Shown in pieces: positions 35,787-48,929 of a DNA stretch of 64,000 bases. The stretch is from the NCBI GenBank assembly GCA_004431415.1, contig QPMI01000256.1:1-64000 (forward strand). The letters run 5' to 3'. The position numbers and the translations under genes were made by a program. How positions within the stretch are numbered: the first letter of the stretch is position 1; each line of letters begins with the position of its first letter. The stretch is from Cyanophora paradoxa CCMP329. Its lineage: Eukaryota > Plantae > Glaucophyta. The notes below the pieces were generated by a model. It did not search any database and was not told where the DNA came from. It worked only from the letters and a program-made list of their open reading frames with translations.

Positions 35787-37782
35787 ATGGCTCCCCGCGC
35801 ATTCGAGAATGAGCCCGTCGCCGCCGCGGCCGCGGCGGGCGATCGTCACGCGCCATCGTCGGGCAAGGACCGCCAGGCTAGCGGCGAGCCGCTGGACTGG
35901 GCGGCTCTCCCCGAAATTAACTTCAACTACGGAACGGTGTGCACGCCCTTGCCGCGCCCGCCCGCTCCCGCGCCGCCTCGCCGACGGCCCCGCGTGCCGC
36001 GTGGCACGCGCCCAGCTCCGCAAAGCCATCCCCAAGGAGTGCTTCGTCCGCAACACCTGGCTCTCCATCGCGTGCGTCGTGCACCTCGCGGTCGCATCAT
36101 TGTGATCATCGAATCATGTCGCAACCTCCAGGTACATGATCCGCTCCTACATCTTCGCGGCGGCGCTCCTCGGGGGTGTCTGGTACCTCAACTCGGTGTT
36201 CCCGCGCTGGGCCATGTACCTCGTGCGCCCCCGCGCCTCGGCCGGCGCCCGTCCCGCGTGACGTGTTGGCGGGATCGCCGGGCAGGTGTGGCCGGCGTAC
36301 TGGGTGGCCCAGGGAACCGTCTTCTGGGGCTTCTTCACCGTCGGGCACGACTGCGGCCACGGCAGCTTCTCGCCCTCGCGCATGGTCAACAACATCTGCG
36401 GTGGGCGCCGCCGCCTGCGCCCCGCCGGCGCCGCCCCGCCGCTGACCTCTGCGCAGGCCACCTCACCCACGCGCCGCTGCTGGTCCCGTACCACTCCTGG
36501 CGCATCAGGTGCCCCCCTCGGCGGCCCCGGGGGCGCGCGGCTGCGCGGCCGGCTGACGGCGTGGCAGCCACGCGCACCACCACGCGCTCACGGGGAACGT
36601 GGACGAGGACGAGAGCTGGTACCCTACCCTCAAGTCGGACTACTACAGCATGTCCCATATCATCTACTTCGTCCGCTTCGAGCTCGTGCGCCGCCCCGCC
36701 CCCGCCCCGCGGCCCCCGCCCCTCCGGGCGCCCCGCAGCTCACGAGGGGGGCCGGCCGGAAGATCTGGCTCATCGTCGGGTGGCCCCTGTACCTGCTGGG
36801 CGCCCGCGGCCGCAACGGCGACGACCGCTCCCACTTCGACCCCCGCATGCAGTCCGCCCGCCCCGAGAGCCCCGCCCGACGCGGCGCCGAGGCTGAGGGG
36901 GGCGGGGCAGGCTCTTCAAGGAGGGCGACAAGCCCGGGGTGATCTTCTCGTCTGCGGCGGTCTTCGCGATGATCGGGGCGCTGGTGGCGCTGGGCCAGCG
37001 CGTGGGCCACCTCAGCGTCTTCCTCTCGTACGGGCCCCCCTACCTCGTCTTCTGCTTCTGGATCACCGCCGTCACCTTCCTCCACCACACCGTGCCCCCC
37101 GGCCCCCGCCGAGCACCCCAGCGCCCCCCTCTGAGCCTCGGAGGCCCCCTACAGGAGGTCACCATCCCCTGGTACCGCAAGGGCACCTGGGAGAAGCTCC
37201 GCGGCGCCCTCAGGTCCCGCCCCCGCCCCGCCCCCGCCCCGTCCCGCCCCGCCCTGACGCCGGCGGGGCGGCAGCACGATCGACCGGGACTACGGCGCGC
37301 TCGTCAACGACATCTCGCACAACATCGGTGCCCCGCCCCGCTCTCTCGCCCTGCTCTCGCCCCGCCTGAGCGGCACGGGGCCGCAGGGACGCACGTCGCG
37401 CATCACCTCTTCTTCACCATCCCGCACTACAACCTCGTCCGCCGCCCCCCCCCCCCCCCCCCCCCCCCCGCCCCCGCCCCCGCGAGCAGCCGGGCGGGCG
37501 GGCGGCCGAGGCGTCGGGGGGCGCAGGTGGAGGCGACCAAGCACCTGGCGCCGGCGCTGGGCCCCTGGTACCACAAGTCGGACCGCGGCATCATCGCCTC
37601 CATCCTCAAGTCGTGGCGCGAGTGCCGGTGCGGGCAGCTCGCCGCGTCGCCGGGGCGGCGCTGCCGGGGGCGGGCGGCGAGCGTCGGGGCGCAGGTACGT
37701 GCCGGACGAGGGCAACGTGGTCATGTTCACCTCCCCCGAGAAGGAGGCCGCCCAGGAGGCCGCCAAGACCAAGGCCCGCTAG
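35787..37782 (+). CDS. Omega-3 (FAD3/DesB-like; delta-12 not excluded) membrane fatty acid desaturase, 13 exons
   Basis: [111 protein letters not shown]. Three His boxes; no obvious plastid transit peptide. Confidence 0.95.
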
Positions 37783-38999
37783 GCCCCAGCTCGCCAAGCC
37801 CCGCCCCCTTCCGATGCCTGCGTTTCTCCGTCTGCGGCTCGATGATGATTTGATGGGTTTCGATGCTCCGAGCCTCTATCGACGTCAGTATCGCAGTCAG
37901 ATTTTTTTACAGCCGTATGCGGTTTACAGCGACATGTGATGATGATGATGAGCCTGACAGTTATTTAAGCGTGATGTATTGTCGTGTCGTGATGCGAATG
38001 ATAGTTATCGACTTCCCGAATTCCGAACTCAGCGTGACTAACTGTAACTATGGAGCTTGCATGGAGCTTGGGGGCTCTGAGCTCTCTGATGTACCGTAAT
38101 ACCCCGCGCAAATGTCGTCAGGAGCTCGGAGTTCCGGCATATGCCGCAGTGCCATATGCATGGTCATGCCATGATGATGCATCCGATCGAGCGGATCATC
38201 ATGGCCGGGCACTGCGGCATCGGATATCGATACTATATATGATAATCGAGACGGTCGGTCATGATCAAAAAGCCTTCAACTTCCCGAGTCCGAAGTTCAA
38301 TTGCAAGGCCGCTGAGGCTTCGAATTCGAAACTTGAAAGCCTTTACATATAAGTTAATTTCGTCCGCGGTGCGGCACTGCGGCATCCGAAAATGCCGGTG
38401 ATCATGACGGAAATCCGAAAAGTCGACGTACGTATACTACGGTACGTATACGACGGTCCGACGTCGACGGTCGGCGCGGAGGCCCCGGGGGGCCTTCAGG
38501 CTTACGACCCCGCGCGGGGCCCACTCAGTGACGGGGCCACTAGATGAGGCCCTGAGGCAAGCCGTGAGACAGGCTGGCGTCACGGGCCCAGGTGAACTTC
38601 GGAACGTTAACAGGCACAGTGCCATCACCGTGGCACTGCCATGGCCATGGCCACGGCCGCAGCTGCAGTGAGTAAGCAATGCATATGTGCCCAACCGCAG
38701 TGCCATGTGCACGGTGCCGGTGCAGGCCGGGCCATGGACAGCACGGAGTTCGATTTTTAAATGAATTGAAACCCGTTGGACACTGTGACACACCATGGGC
38801 ATCATCATCATCCCGTAATATGGATGATGGATGATGGAATACGCATACGCATACGCATAGGCCTAGGCATCCCCACCCCCATCGAATGCAAGCGAGAAAT
38901 AGAAATTGAAAATGTCAACTGGCTCGGCAGCTCTGAAATACAAAGCTGCTCGGAGGCCTTTTTCGGTGCCTGCAGATCTCCAGCAGGGTTTGGGGGTCG

Positions 39000-41900
39000 A
39001 GCAGCCGACAAGGGAGCTCGCGATGGGGAAGCCAGGGCAAGGAGGCACGAGGGAAGGCGAGGAAGGACAGCGGGCGGAGGGGCGGCTACTGTGCGTGCTC
39101 GTGCGCGGCTGCCGGCGGCGGCGTGCCCGGGGCGCCCCCCGCGGGGAGCGCGCCCGGGGTCGCTGGCTCGGCCCCCCGTCCCCGCTGCCGCGGCGCTGCG
39201 GGAAGCCGGATGCCTGCAGCGCCGCAGGCAGCCGCGGCTGCTCGGGCGCGCCGGGGCCCCCGCTGCGTGCTCGCGGGCCGTCGAGGCGACGCGCTCGAGG
39301 GCCGGCGCCGGGGCGGCGTCGGGTGGGCGCTCGGTGACGGGCGCCGCCTGCGGGACGGGGGCGACCGAGGCGTCGGCGGAGCCGCGGCGGAGGGGAGGCA
39401 GACGGACGCGGCGGGCGGGGCGCCCCCGGCGCCCCCTCCGCCTCCGCGCCGGAGAGGACCTCGCGGGAGCCCTTCAGCGCCGGCAGCAGCCCGTTCCGGA
39501 AGGCCCCGCGCCCCGCCCCGCCGCCCCGCCCCGCCGGCTGCTGCGGCTGCGGCTCGGGCCGCTGCGGCTGGCCGCTGCCGAGCTCGCCAGCGGAGGCGGG
39601 CGCGGGGCGCCCCGCTGGCGCCGCTCGCCGCCCTCGGGCGATCGCGAGGGCGAGGTGCGGGAGAGGGCGGCGGCGGAGACGGGCCGGGAAGCGGCGGAGG
39701 CGGCGGAGGAGCGGCTGGTGGCGGGGGCGGGGGCGCCCTCGCCCTCGCGGTCCGAGCGGCCGGCGGAGAGGTCGCGGGCGGAGCGCGAGGGGCGCAAAGA
39801 GCGCGACGAGGCGGAGCGGTTCAGCGGCGGCGGCGGCGCCGTCATCTGCCGCGCCCGCCCCGTGAGCCGCGCCGAGGCGGGGCGGGGGGCGGCGTGCGGG
39901 GGGCGGGCCTCCCAGATGGAGCGGAGGACGGGGAGCGCGCGGCCGCCGTCCGAGTCGCGCGAGTCCGCCGACCGCTTGCGCGCCGCCCGCCGCGCCGCCC
40001 CCTCCTCCTCCTCCTCCTCGTCCAGCGCCCGCACCTGCGCTTCCATCAGCGCCCAAGTGTGCCGGGGCGAGGGCCGGGCGGGGCGGCGGGCCGGGACGGG
40101 TGCGGCGGGGCCGGCGTGCGTGCTGGCGCTGCGGTGCGTGGCGGGCCCCGCGGGGCGCCCCGACCGGAAGCTCCGGTTCGTGCGCGCCGAGCGGCTCGAG
40201 CGCACCGACCGCTGCCGGCCCTCTCAGCGGCGCACCGCGGCGGCGCGGGGCAGGGCGGCGCACGGCGGAGGGCGGGGCGGCCTCCGAGGGCGGGGCGGGG
40301 GGCAGGGCGAGGCCGGCGGGGTCGTTGAGGGAAGCGCTGTTGCGCCGCCGTAGGCTCCGGGCCGTCGGCGGCGCGTACGCCCGCCCCGCCGCCGCCTCTC
40401 CTGCCGCCCGGGAGCCCCCGGGGCCAGTCAGGCAGCATAAGAAAGAACAGAGACAGGGGGCGCACCGGAGTCGCGCTTCCCGTCGAGGGAGCGGGCGGAG
40501 GGCGGCCCCTCCGAGCGCTGCGAGGCCGGCGGCTCCTCCTCCCCCTCGCCCGGCGCCAAGTACGCGTACCCCGCCCTCTCGTCGAGCTGACGGGGAGGCT
40601 CAGGGGGAAGGGGGGAAGGGGGGAGGGGGAGGGGGAAGGGAGGGGCGGGGTGGGGCGGGGTCGCGCCTCGTCGATGCCGACGGCGCCGGAGCGGCGGGCG
40701 GCGAGGAGGCGCCGCAGGAAGTACGTCCCGATGAGCAGCGCCCCTGCCCTCGCCTCGGCCCCGGCGCGACGCGGGCGCGGCGGAGGCGCGGCGGCGCACC
40801 GACGGCGAAGGCGACGGCGTTGAACGTGTACTGCACGCCCCGCACGTTGTCTGCGGCGCCCCGCCGCGTGAGCGGCCGCCGGCGCGCACGAGCGCCGGCG
40901 CGGGCGGCGGGGCGTACACTCGGGCGCGATGAACGCCGCGGAGACGACCATCTGCCCGCGCGCCCCCCGGAGGTCGCCGCAGGGCGGCGCGCGTGCATCC
41001 CCCCGTGGCGGGGACGCGGCCCCGCACCTCCATGCACGATGTGAGCATGAGGACGGTGAGGAAGAGCGCTGCGGGGGCACAGGACGATGAGGCGGGAGGC
41101 GGGAGGCGGGGCGGGGCGGGGGCCGGGGGGAGGGGGCGCGCGCGCACTCTCGATGACGTTGTCGAGGGGCTGGCGGTAGGGGCGCGCGAGCCCGTGCAGC
41201 GTCACGAAGCTGCCGGCGAGGAGGGCGCAGCGCCCCGCTCGAGAGCGCACATGTACAGGCGCAGGCGCGGGGCGGGGGCGGGGGCGGGACGGGGCGCACA
41301 AGACGGCGGCCAGGAAAAGGGCGAGGGAGCGGGAGTTGTCGCGGCTGGCGAACTGCGGGGAGGGGAGGCGGGGCGGCCGTCGGGCGGGGGCACCCGGGCC
41401 GCCGGAAAGGGGTTGGGGGCGCACGGCAGTGTCGAGGATGATGAGGACGATGCGGCGCGCCATCACGACCACCTCGTAGAACTGCCGCACACGCCCCCTC
41501 AGACGGCGAGGGCGGGGCGGGGCGGGGCGGGGCGGGGCTGTGGGGCGCGCCTTCCAGGGCGGGCGGTAGCAGGCGAAGACGGAGCCGTACTTCCAGACGA
41601 CCTCGTCGCTGTAGAGCGAGGCGGTGCCCTTGCGGCTCTGGACTCCCCCGGGGGCGGGGTGAGAGCGGTGGCGAGCTCAGCGCCTCCGACGTGGCGCACG
41701 AGGTAGAGGACGACGACGGAGAGGGCGACGGGGAGGGCAAAGACGTAGCCCACCATCATGATCCACGCCACCGGCAGCCTGCCCCCGCCCGTGAGCCGCC
41801 CCCGCAGGGCCGCGCGAGGGGGCGGCGGCGGGGCGCGCCAGCGGGTGTACTCGTCGGAGGCGCAGTTGACGGAGGGGAAGCGCCGCAGCACGCGCCTGCG

Positions 41901-44900
41901 CGGGGGCGCCGGCGCTGAGGGGGCGGCGGAGGGGGCCCGGCGGCGCGGGGCAGGCGCACTGGCCGCCGACGGGGACACAGTCGAGGTACTTAATTGACTG
42001 CGGGCGCCGTGAGAGCCCGCCCCTCCCCCGGCGAGGGCGGACAGCTCAAGGGGCAGCCGCCGCACCGTGTTGCCGATCGCTGCGGGGCGAAGCGGGGGGG
42101 AGGCGTCAGGCGCGAGTCTGGGAGATGGGGCGGGCGGGGCGGGGGCACCGATGTAGGCGATGGAGGCGATCTGGAAGGCCATGATGAAGAGGCGCCGCTG
42201 CAGGGCCGCCCCTACATTGAGCCCCGCAGCGGGGCGCGGGGGCGTGGGCGCGGGGCGCGCCTGGAGGGCGTGGGATACGCGGCGGCGGCGGCCGGAGCGG
42301 AGGCACTCGGCGAGAAGGAGGAGCGCCACGAATGCGCAGAGCACCGCGAACGCGAACGCCGGGATCCTGCCCGCCACGTGAGCCCGGCGCAGGGGGGCGC
42401 TGCGGAGGGGTGGAGGGCGGGCCAGTAGCCGAGGAGGGTGCGCTGGACGGGGGAGATGGCGAAGGGGCAGCGGAGGGAGGAGGAGAGGAGGACGTCCCAC
42501 GAGAGGTTCGAAAAGAGGACCCCCACGTCGTCCTGCCGCAGGCGTCACGTGCACCGCGGGCGGAACGGGCGGGGGGGCGGGCGGGCGGGGCGTCGGCGCG
42601 CGTTCATGACGAGGGAGACCGACTGGACGAAGAAGATCTGACGGGCGAGAGAGAGGTTGTGAGGGGAGGGGGGGGAGGGGAGGAAGGGCGGGGGGGAGGG
42701 GGGTGCGGGGTGGGCGGGCGGGGGCGGGAGGGCCGCACGGCGCTCTTGAGCTTGCCCGAGGAGGGAAGCCCCGCGGAGAGGAACCTGCGCCGGCAGCGAG
42801 GCGTGAGAGGTGGCGGCGGGGCGGGCGAGGCGGCGGGGCGGGCCAGCAGCCGACGACGAGGGCGACGGCGGCGAGGAGCGGGATGAGCAGCAGCGCGTAC
42901 TGCGGGTCCTCGCACCGCGCGCACCGCCCTGCCCAGTCGCCCCCGAACGCCACTCAGCACCCGAGACTCTCTGGGAGGGGCGGGGCGGTGGCGGGAGAGG
43001 GCACCGGCCCAGTCGCTGTACCCATCGACGCAGTCCCCGCAGAGGACGCCCGTCCGGTGCTCCGCGCTGCCGCCCCCGCGATCGGCGCCGGCGCGGGGTG
43101 CGCTCGAGTGCGCGGCGCATGTGCACCACGCGTTCTCGAGCTCGCACTTGCCCCCGGGGCAGCAAAAGCCGCTGGGGCAGCGGAAGACCTGGCGGGCGGG
43201 GGCCGTTGAGGGGCGGCGGGGCTTCAGCCCACGGGGGCCCGGGGCGCGCGCCTCGGGCCGGGCCGCTGTGAGAGAGGCTGGATCGACCCAGAAGCCCCTC
43301 TCAGGCAAAATGAGCGTCTTCCCGGGGCACTGCAGGAGAGTTCGGTCTGGCGGAGCGCAGCTGCCGGGGGCGGGAAGCCGGGGGGCGGACGGTGGCGCCG
43401 GAGGGGCAGGCCTGGCACACGCCGTCGCCCCTGAGGTTGTAGGTGCCCGCAGCGCTGCCGGCCGCGGCGTTTGAAGAGGCGCGGGAGGGCGGGGGGCGTC
43501 GGGTGGCGGACCAGGGGACGCAGCGGAAGGAGGTGGGCGACTCGACAGCCGCGTAGCCCGGGGCGCAGGGGAGCACCGAAAGGCGCACCTCCGCCCGCCC
43601 CGCCTCTGCGCCCCGCCCCCGCAGCAGTGAGCGAGGGCGGGGCGGGGGCAAGGGCGGGGTGCGGGGGCCGGGGCCGCGCCGGAGTCGAAGGCGACGGTGA
43701 AGTTGCGGGCGGCGGAGCCGTCGACGTAGTACGTCGCCTCGAACTCCACCACGCCCCGCTTGAAGACCTGCCCGGGGGGGAGGGGGGAGGCGGAAGCTTA
43801 GCGAGGGCCCACGCGCGCGGCGGGGCCGGGGCGGGGCGGGGCGCGCCTGGATGGACGTGAGGGTGCTGAGGACGAGGCCCTCCGAGGGCCGCAGCTCCGC
43901 CAGCAGCGGCCTGCGCCGCCAGCCGCTCGGGTCGGGCGCGGGGAAGGGCGGCGGGCGGGCTCCGGACGGACGGGTAGGTGGAGGTGACGAGCTGCCCGAG
44001 GGCGTCGATGAGGTGCGCGGAGAGCACGAAGTCCTCTCCTGCCGCCGCCCGCCCTCAGCAGCGCGCGAGGAGAAGACGGGGGGTGGCGGGCGCACCGGGG
44101 GCCTTGGCGATGGCTGCCGAGCCGTTCACAACGATGCGCTGCGGCCGCGTCGCCCGCACGGGGCCCCAGTCCGCCCCGTTCTCCCGCATCTGGCCCCGAG
44201 CGCCGCCTCGCCTCGGCGCCGAGGGGCCGGGGGGCCCGCGAGGGCGCCCCGGGCACGCACCACGACCCCGCTGTCATCCCCCAGGATCGGCTTGAAGCTG
44301 CAGGGGAGGGGCGGAGGGCGTGCGTCACGCGCCGGGACAAGGTCGCGGGCGGGGGCCGATGCGGGGCGGGGGTGCGGGGCGGGGGCGCACTTGTCGAAGT
44401 AGAGGACGCCGCCGGCGATGCTCGCCGCGTTCTCCGCGAAGGTCGTCCCGTTGAACTGCGCCGGCGCCCCTCAGGAGGCGCGGCGGGGACCAAGAGGCGG
44501 GGCGGGGGGACCTGGAGGGTGCTCGCGTCCCCCTCGAAGTCGGGCCCCACCGCCGCCGCCGCCCCGTACCTGCCCCCGGCGGGGCCCCGCTCAAGGGCGG
44601 CCGCTGAGGAGAGGGGGCGGGCGGGGGGCCCCTAAGGCACCGGGCGCGGTTGCGGAGGACTTGCGAGTCGACGAGATGCGTCACGGCCGCCTTCTTCACG
44701 TACACGCCCCCGCTGCACCCGCCCCTCAGCGCCCGCCAAGGCGCCGCGCGGCGCCCCGGCCCGCACCCCATGGCGGCCTCGTTCTCCGCGATCGTCGCGC
44801 CCCGCACGGTCACCTGCCGGCCGCCGGGAGGCGGGTCACGCCTGCAGGGGCCCCAGCGGGGTGGCTGCGGGGCCGGCGGGCTGGGGCGGGGCGGGGAGGG

Positions 44901-46031
44901 CGGGGGGGCGCCTTGGCCTGGTTGTCGAGGAAGAGGGCGCCGCCGCGCTCGCGGGCCGCGTTGCGCAGGAAGCCGCCGCCCTCGATCGAGACCGCCGCGA
45001 AGTCGTACACCGCCAGCGCCCCGCCCTCCACCGCCGCGTTGTCTGAGCGCCGATAGCACGCTTCAGGGCCGCAGAGGGGGAGGAGGAGGCGCGGCGCGGG
45101 TCGGCGCGCCGCTGACGACCGTGTCGCGCAGCGTCACCACGCTGTGGTCCGAGACCTGTGCCGGCGCCGCCCGATTACGAGAGCGGCGGGGGAGGCTGCG
45201 CGGGGGCGGGAGGACGGAGGGGGCGGGCCTGGAGGGTGCCCTGCGCGGAGGAGCAGTTGGCGATGCGGGAGCCCTCGATGAGCACCGAGATGTCTCCCTG
45301 CATGCGCTGCGAGGGCGCCTCGGGCCGGCGCGGGGCGCTGCGCGGTGCGGGGGCGGGGCGCACGAGGAAGCCGCCGGGGGCGGCCTTGGAGGAGAAGCCC
45401 GAGAAGCTCGAGTTGCGGATCGTCACCGAGTTGCCGTCCCCCTGCGCTCCTGTCAGGGGCAGCGCGCGCGGGGCGGGGCGGGGCGGGGCGGGCCCAGAGG
45501 CCGATGAAGCCGCCGCCCCAGTCCGAGGCGACGCCCTCCGCCGCCTCGATCTCCTCCAGCACCGCCGTCGTCTCCCCCCGGTCTGCCCGGGCCCCCCGCC
45601 CCCTCGCCCCGGCGCGCGGCGCGGCGGCGGGGCCGGCGGGGCGCACTGTAGAAGGCGCCCCCCTGCGTGGAGGTCGAGCGGCGGAAGGAGGAGCGCCGCA
45701 CGGTGATCTTCGACGCCCCCGACATCGTCACGTGGCCCCCGCCGCCTGGCCCCGCCTTTTAAGCCCCGCCCCCGCCCCGCCCGCCCCCGGCACGAGCGCA
45801 CTCTCGCTCGTGTTCTCCTCGAAGGTGCTGCGGGCGGGGCAGGGCGGCGGAATTCGGCGGGGGGCGCGCGGAGGGGCGCGCGGGGCGGACCAGTCCTCGT
45901 AGACGGGGGCGCAGGTGGTGGAGACGGCGACGGCCCCGCCCCCGCCCCCGCCCGAGCGGTTCCGCCGGAATACGCTCCGCGCCACCGTCCACCGGTCGTC
46001 ACCGTAGTGGTATCTGCCGCCGGCCCCTCGG

Positions 46032-46066
<35 letters not shown>

Positions 46067-46808
46067 CGGGGCCCGCACATGGCTCCCCCGCTCCACGTGC
46101 CGGCGTTCCGCTCGAAGAGGCACTCCTCGAAGCGCGCCGTCGACTGCGCAGCGGGGCGAGGCGGCTGAGCCGGGAGCTGGGCGGGCGGGTGCGCTGGAGG
46201 CGGGCTACCGTGAGGCCCGAGTCGGCGGCGCCGCCGTACGGCGACTCGTTCTCGATGAACCTGGGCTACGAGTTTGCCGGGGGCGCGCGAGGGCACTCCC
46301 CTCTGGGCGCACTTGGAGCGTCGGATGAGGGGCCGGCTGCGGCCCTCGCCGACGAACGCTGCGGGGTGCGCGTCAGCGCGAGGCCTCGACGCGGCCGCCG
46401 GGGGCACGGCGCCGGCACCCCCGCCGAAGTTGTCCGCCTGAGGCGACGGGCGCGGGGTGTGAGATCACGTCAGAGAGTGCGGGGCCGGGGGCGGAGAGGG
46501 GAGGCGCACGAAGTTCTTCTCGAAGAGGCAGTCCTCGAAGACGGCCGCTGGGCCCCGCGTCGGCCTCGGCGCCCGAGGGAGCGGGGCGGGGGCGGGGCGG
46601 GCGGGGGGCACCGGAGTCGTCGTGCACCCAGACGGCGCCGCCGCCGAGCCAGGCGCGGCACTCGCGGAAGGTGACGCGGCGGAAGGTCGGGCTCGCCCCC
46701 TTGGCCGCGTACACCCCGCCCCCGGAGCGGCTCACGTAGGGCAGCGGGCCCCCCGAGCTCGCCGGCGCCAGCCTGCCGCGCCGCGCCGCGCCGCGCCGGT
46801 TGGGCGAG

Positions 46809-46850
<42 letters not shown>

Positions 46851-47541
46851 CGGAGAAGGGGAGGGGAAGCGGGGGGCGGACCCGTCGGCGTGGCACTTCT
46901 CAAAGACGACGTCCTCGAGGAGGAGGCCGGCCGACGTGTTCTGCAGCATGTCCACCAGCACGCACCCGCCCTGCCGCGGCTCGCCGGGGGGCGCGGAGGG
47001 CGGCGGGGCGGGGCCGGGGGCGCACGACCCAGCTCCTGCCGCCGCGGAAGGTGAGGCCCCGGATGCGCATGTTCGCCGCCGCGTCGTAGAGGGCCATCAC
47101 CTGCGCCCCGCCCCTCGCTCCCTTCCGCGCAGGCGCCCGCCCGCGGGAGCCCGCACCCGCCCTCCGCCCCCGCGTCCAGCACCACGTCTGCGGGGCCGGC
47201 GCCGGCCCCACCACGGCCAGGTTCGCCTTCTCCGGCTGCGCGCGCCGTCGGCCAGCGGCCGGCGGCGGGGCGGGCGGGGACGGCGGGCCTTCAGGTCCGT
47301 CTCCGCGTACACGCCCGGCGCCAGGCGGATCTCGTCCCCTGCCGAGGCTTCCGCGAACGCTGCCGGGGCGCTCGGGCGCTGGCGACAACAGGCCGCGCAG
47401 CGAGGGTGCACCGCGAGCGAGTGTCTTGCAGGGCGCGGAGCGGCCGCAGCCGGCAGCGTCCGAGCCGGCCTTGGCGTCCACCTGTAGCGTCGCGCCCGCC
47501 GCCGATCCCAGCACGCAGGCGAGCAGCAGGACGCCGGCCAT
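39000..47541 (-). CDS. Large surface protein: signal peptide, beta-helix/POMP-like (GGA, FxxN) repeats, Cys-rich region, multi-TM domain, low-complexity tail (3' end approximate)
   Basis: MAGVLLLACVLGSAAGA; GGGVYAAKGASPTFRRVTFRECRAWLGGGAVW; FERNAGTWSGGAM; FLRNAARERGGALF; CPGKTLILPERGFWVDP; CPSGFCC; HRTGVLCGDCVDGY; TM exons IFFVQSVSLV, KYGSVFACYRPPWK|FYEVVVMARR, RPYRQPLDN. Confidence 0.8.
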
Positions 47542-48269
47542 CCTCAAAGAGGTCCGCCCGCTGCCGCCATCTTGAGCGTTGCGCCGCTCCCTCTCCTGAG
47601 AGCGTGATACAGATATAGCACAGGAGTCGAAGATGACCGCTAGTGCGAGGCGGCGATGCCGGCTGCTGGCCAGCAGCGGGTGCGCAACACGGGGGACCAA
47701 GTTCTTAGGTGGTCGGTATTGCTGATGCGTGGATAGGCCCTTTAAGGTTCGATCTCCGACGCTCCGGGAGGCGTGTGCAAGTGAGCTCGAGCCGCCGGCT
47801 GGAATGGACGTACTCCGCCGAGTCCGGTCTGATCTCCGACTCGTCCAGCTCGAGCGAGGTCGACGTCTCTGCTGGTGCAGGCTGTCTCTAGCTTCAAGGC
47901 CTAGGCTTGCGCACACACGCGCAGCACTCCGGCTAGCTGCACCGCCGCGGCGCCCGGTCGACGTCCGCGCGGCTATACAGCTCCGATCTTGGCGACGTCC
48001 CTGCTTGTACCCCGCACGAGTTTAAAAAACTCAAAGCCGATTGAAATTGCCTTGAGCGAAGAATCATTGAAGAAAAACCGCAGAGCCTCTACTGGCCCTC
48101 TAGGGAGGCTGCTGCGGAGGCAGAGCTTTCTGAACACGGACGGGGGACCGTCGCGCCGACCGCTGCGGAGCCTGCGGACTCAGTGGGAGGCAAGGCTCTC
48201 CGCACAAATGTTGAAAGAACGTCTCTCAGAACTCAGTTTCATTTTCTTATTTGTGCATTGGAAAAAGAC

Positions 48270-48423
48270 GAAGGCGGCGCGTACGCCAACCCTCTCTAAC
48301 ATAAATTGTGGTGTTGAGACACCCGATTGGATGCTCAAGTGGCTTCCACCCGTGGAGTGCAGCGGGCTTCCACCACCGGCTCGCGTCTTCGTGATCACGC
48401 GACGACCCCACCCAGGTAAGTAT
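48270..48423 (-). ncRNA. U1: U1 spliceosomal snRNA, copy 2 (identical to copy 1)
   Basis: Same 154-nt sequence as 35195-35348, starting ATACTTACCTG at 48423. Confidence 0.97.
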
Positions 48424-48448
48424 GATTTGCTCCACCGTCCCAACCGGG

Positions 48449-48492
48449 TCTATCGAACGCGGGGGGCGCGATCGCGAGCCCCGAGGTGGGAC
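48449..48492 (-). promoter_or_regulatory. snRNA promoter of U1 copy 2 (USE 48492-48482; TATA-like 48457-48449)
   Basis: GTCCCACCTCG at -69..-59 and TTCGATAGA at -34..-26. Confidence 0.75.
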
Positions 48493-48929
48493 CCCGCCCC
48501 CGCCGGCCGGCCGCCGCGCACCGGCCCCGGCCGCGGGGCGCGGGCGGCGATCGCACGCCCGCCGCCTCACATCGAGTGCCCGCGCGCCGCGCGCCGCGCC
48601 GGCGCCCGCCGCAGCCGGCCTGGCAAGTCATGCGGCCGCCCGCCCCCTTGACGTCCTACGTGCCTTGACGGCCGCGGGCATACGAGCCTGCGAGCTACGT
48701 ATACCCTGCTGGTCCTCAGGCCTTGCAATTGCATGCCACCTGGCGCATATGCATGCCACCCGCTGATCATCGGATCCGGATCTGCAGACCTAGCCTAGCG
48801 ATCTCAAACTCCGTCCGAATCGCCCGGCGCTCATGATTAGACTCTCTGAGAGGCACGGTCCGGGGCTTTGATATCACAATATCGATTTTGGTCAAATCGG
48901 AGAGAGCTATAGCTTGGTAGGGAGGCGCG

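Noticed and set aside
47989-48651. 220-aa ORF duplicated at 35046-35642
   Set aside because: It is the antisense reading of the U1 gene and promoter; the RNA explains the conservation.
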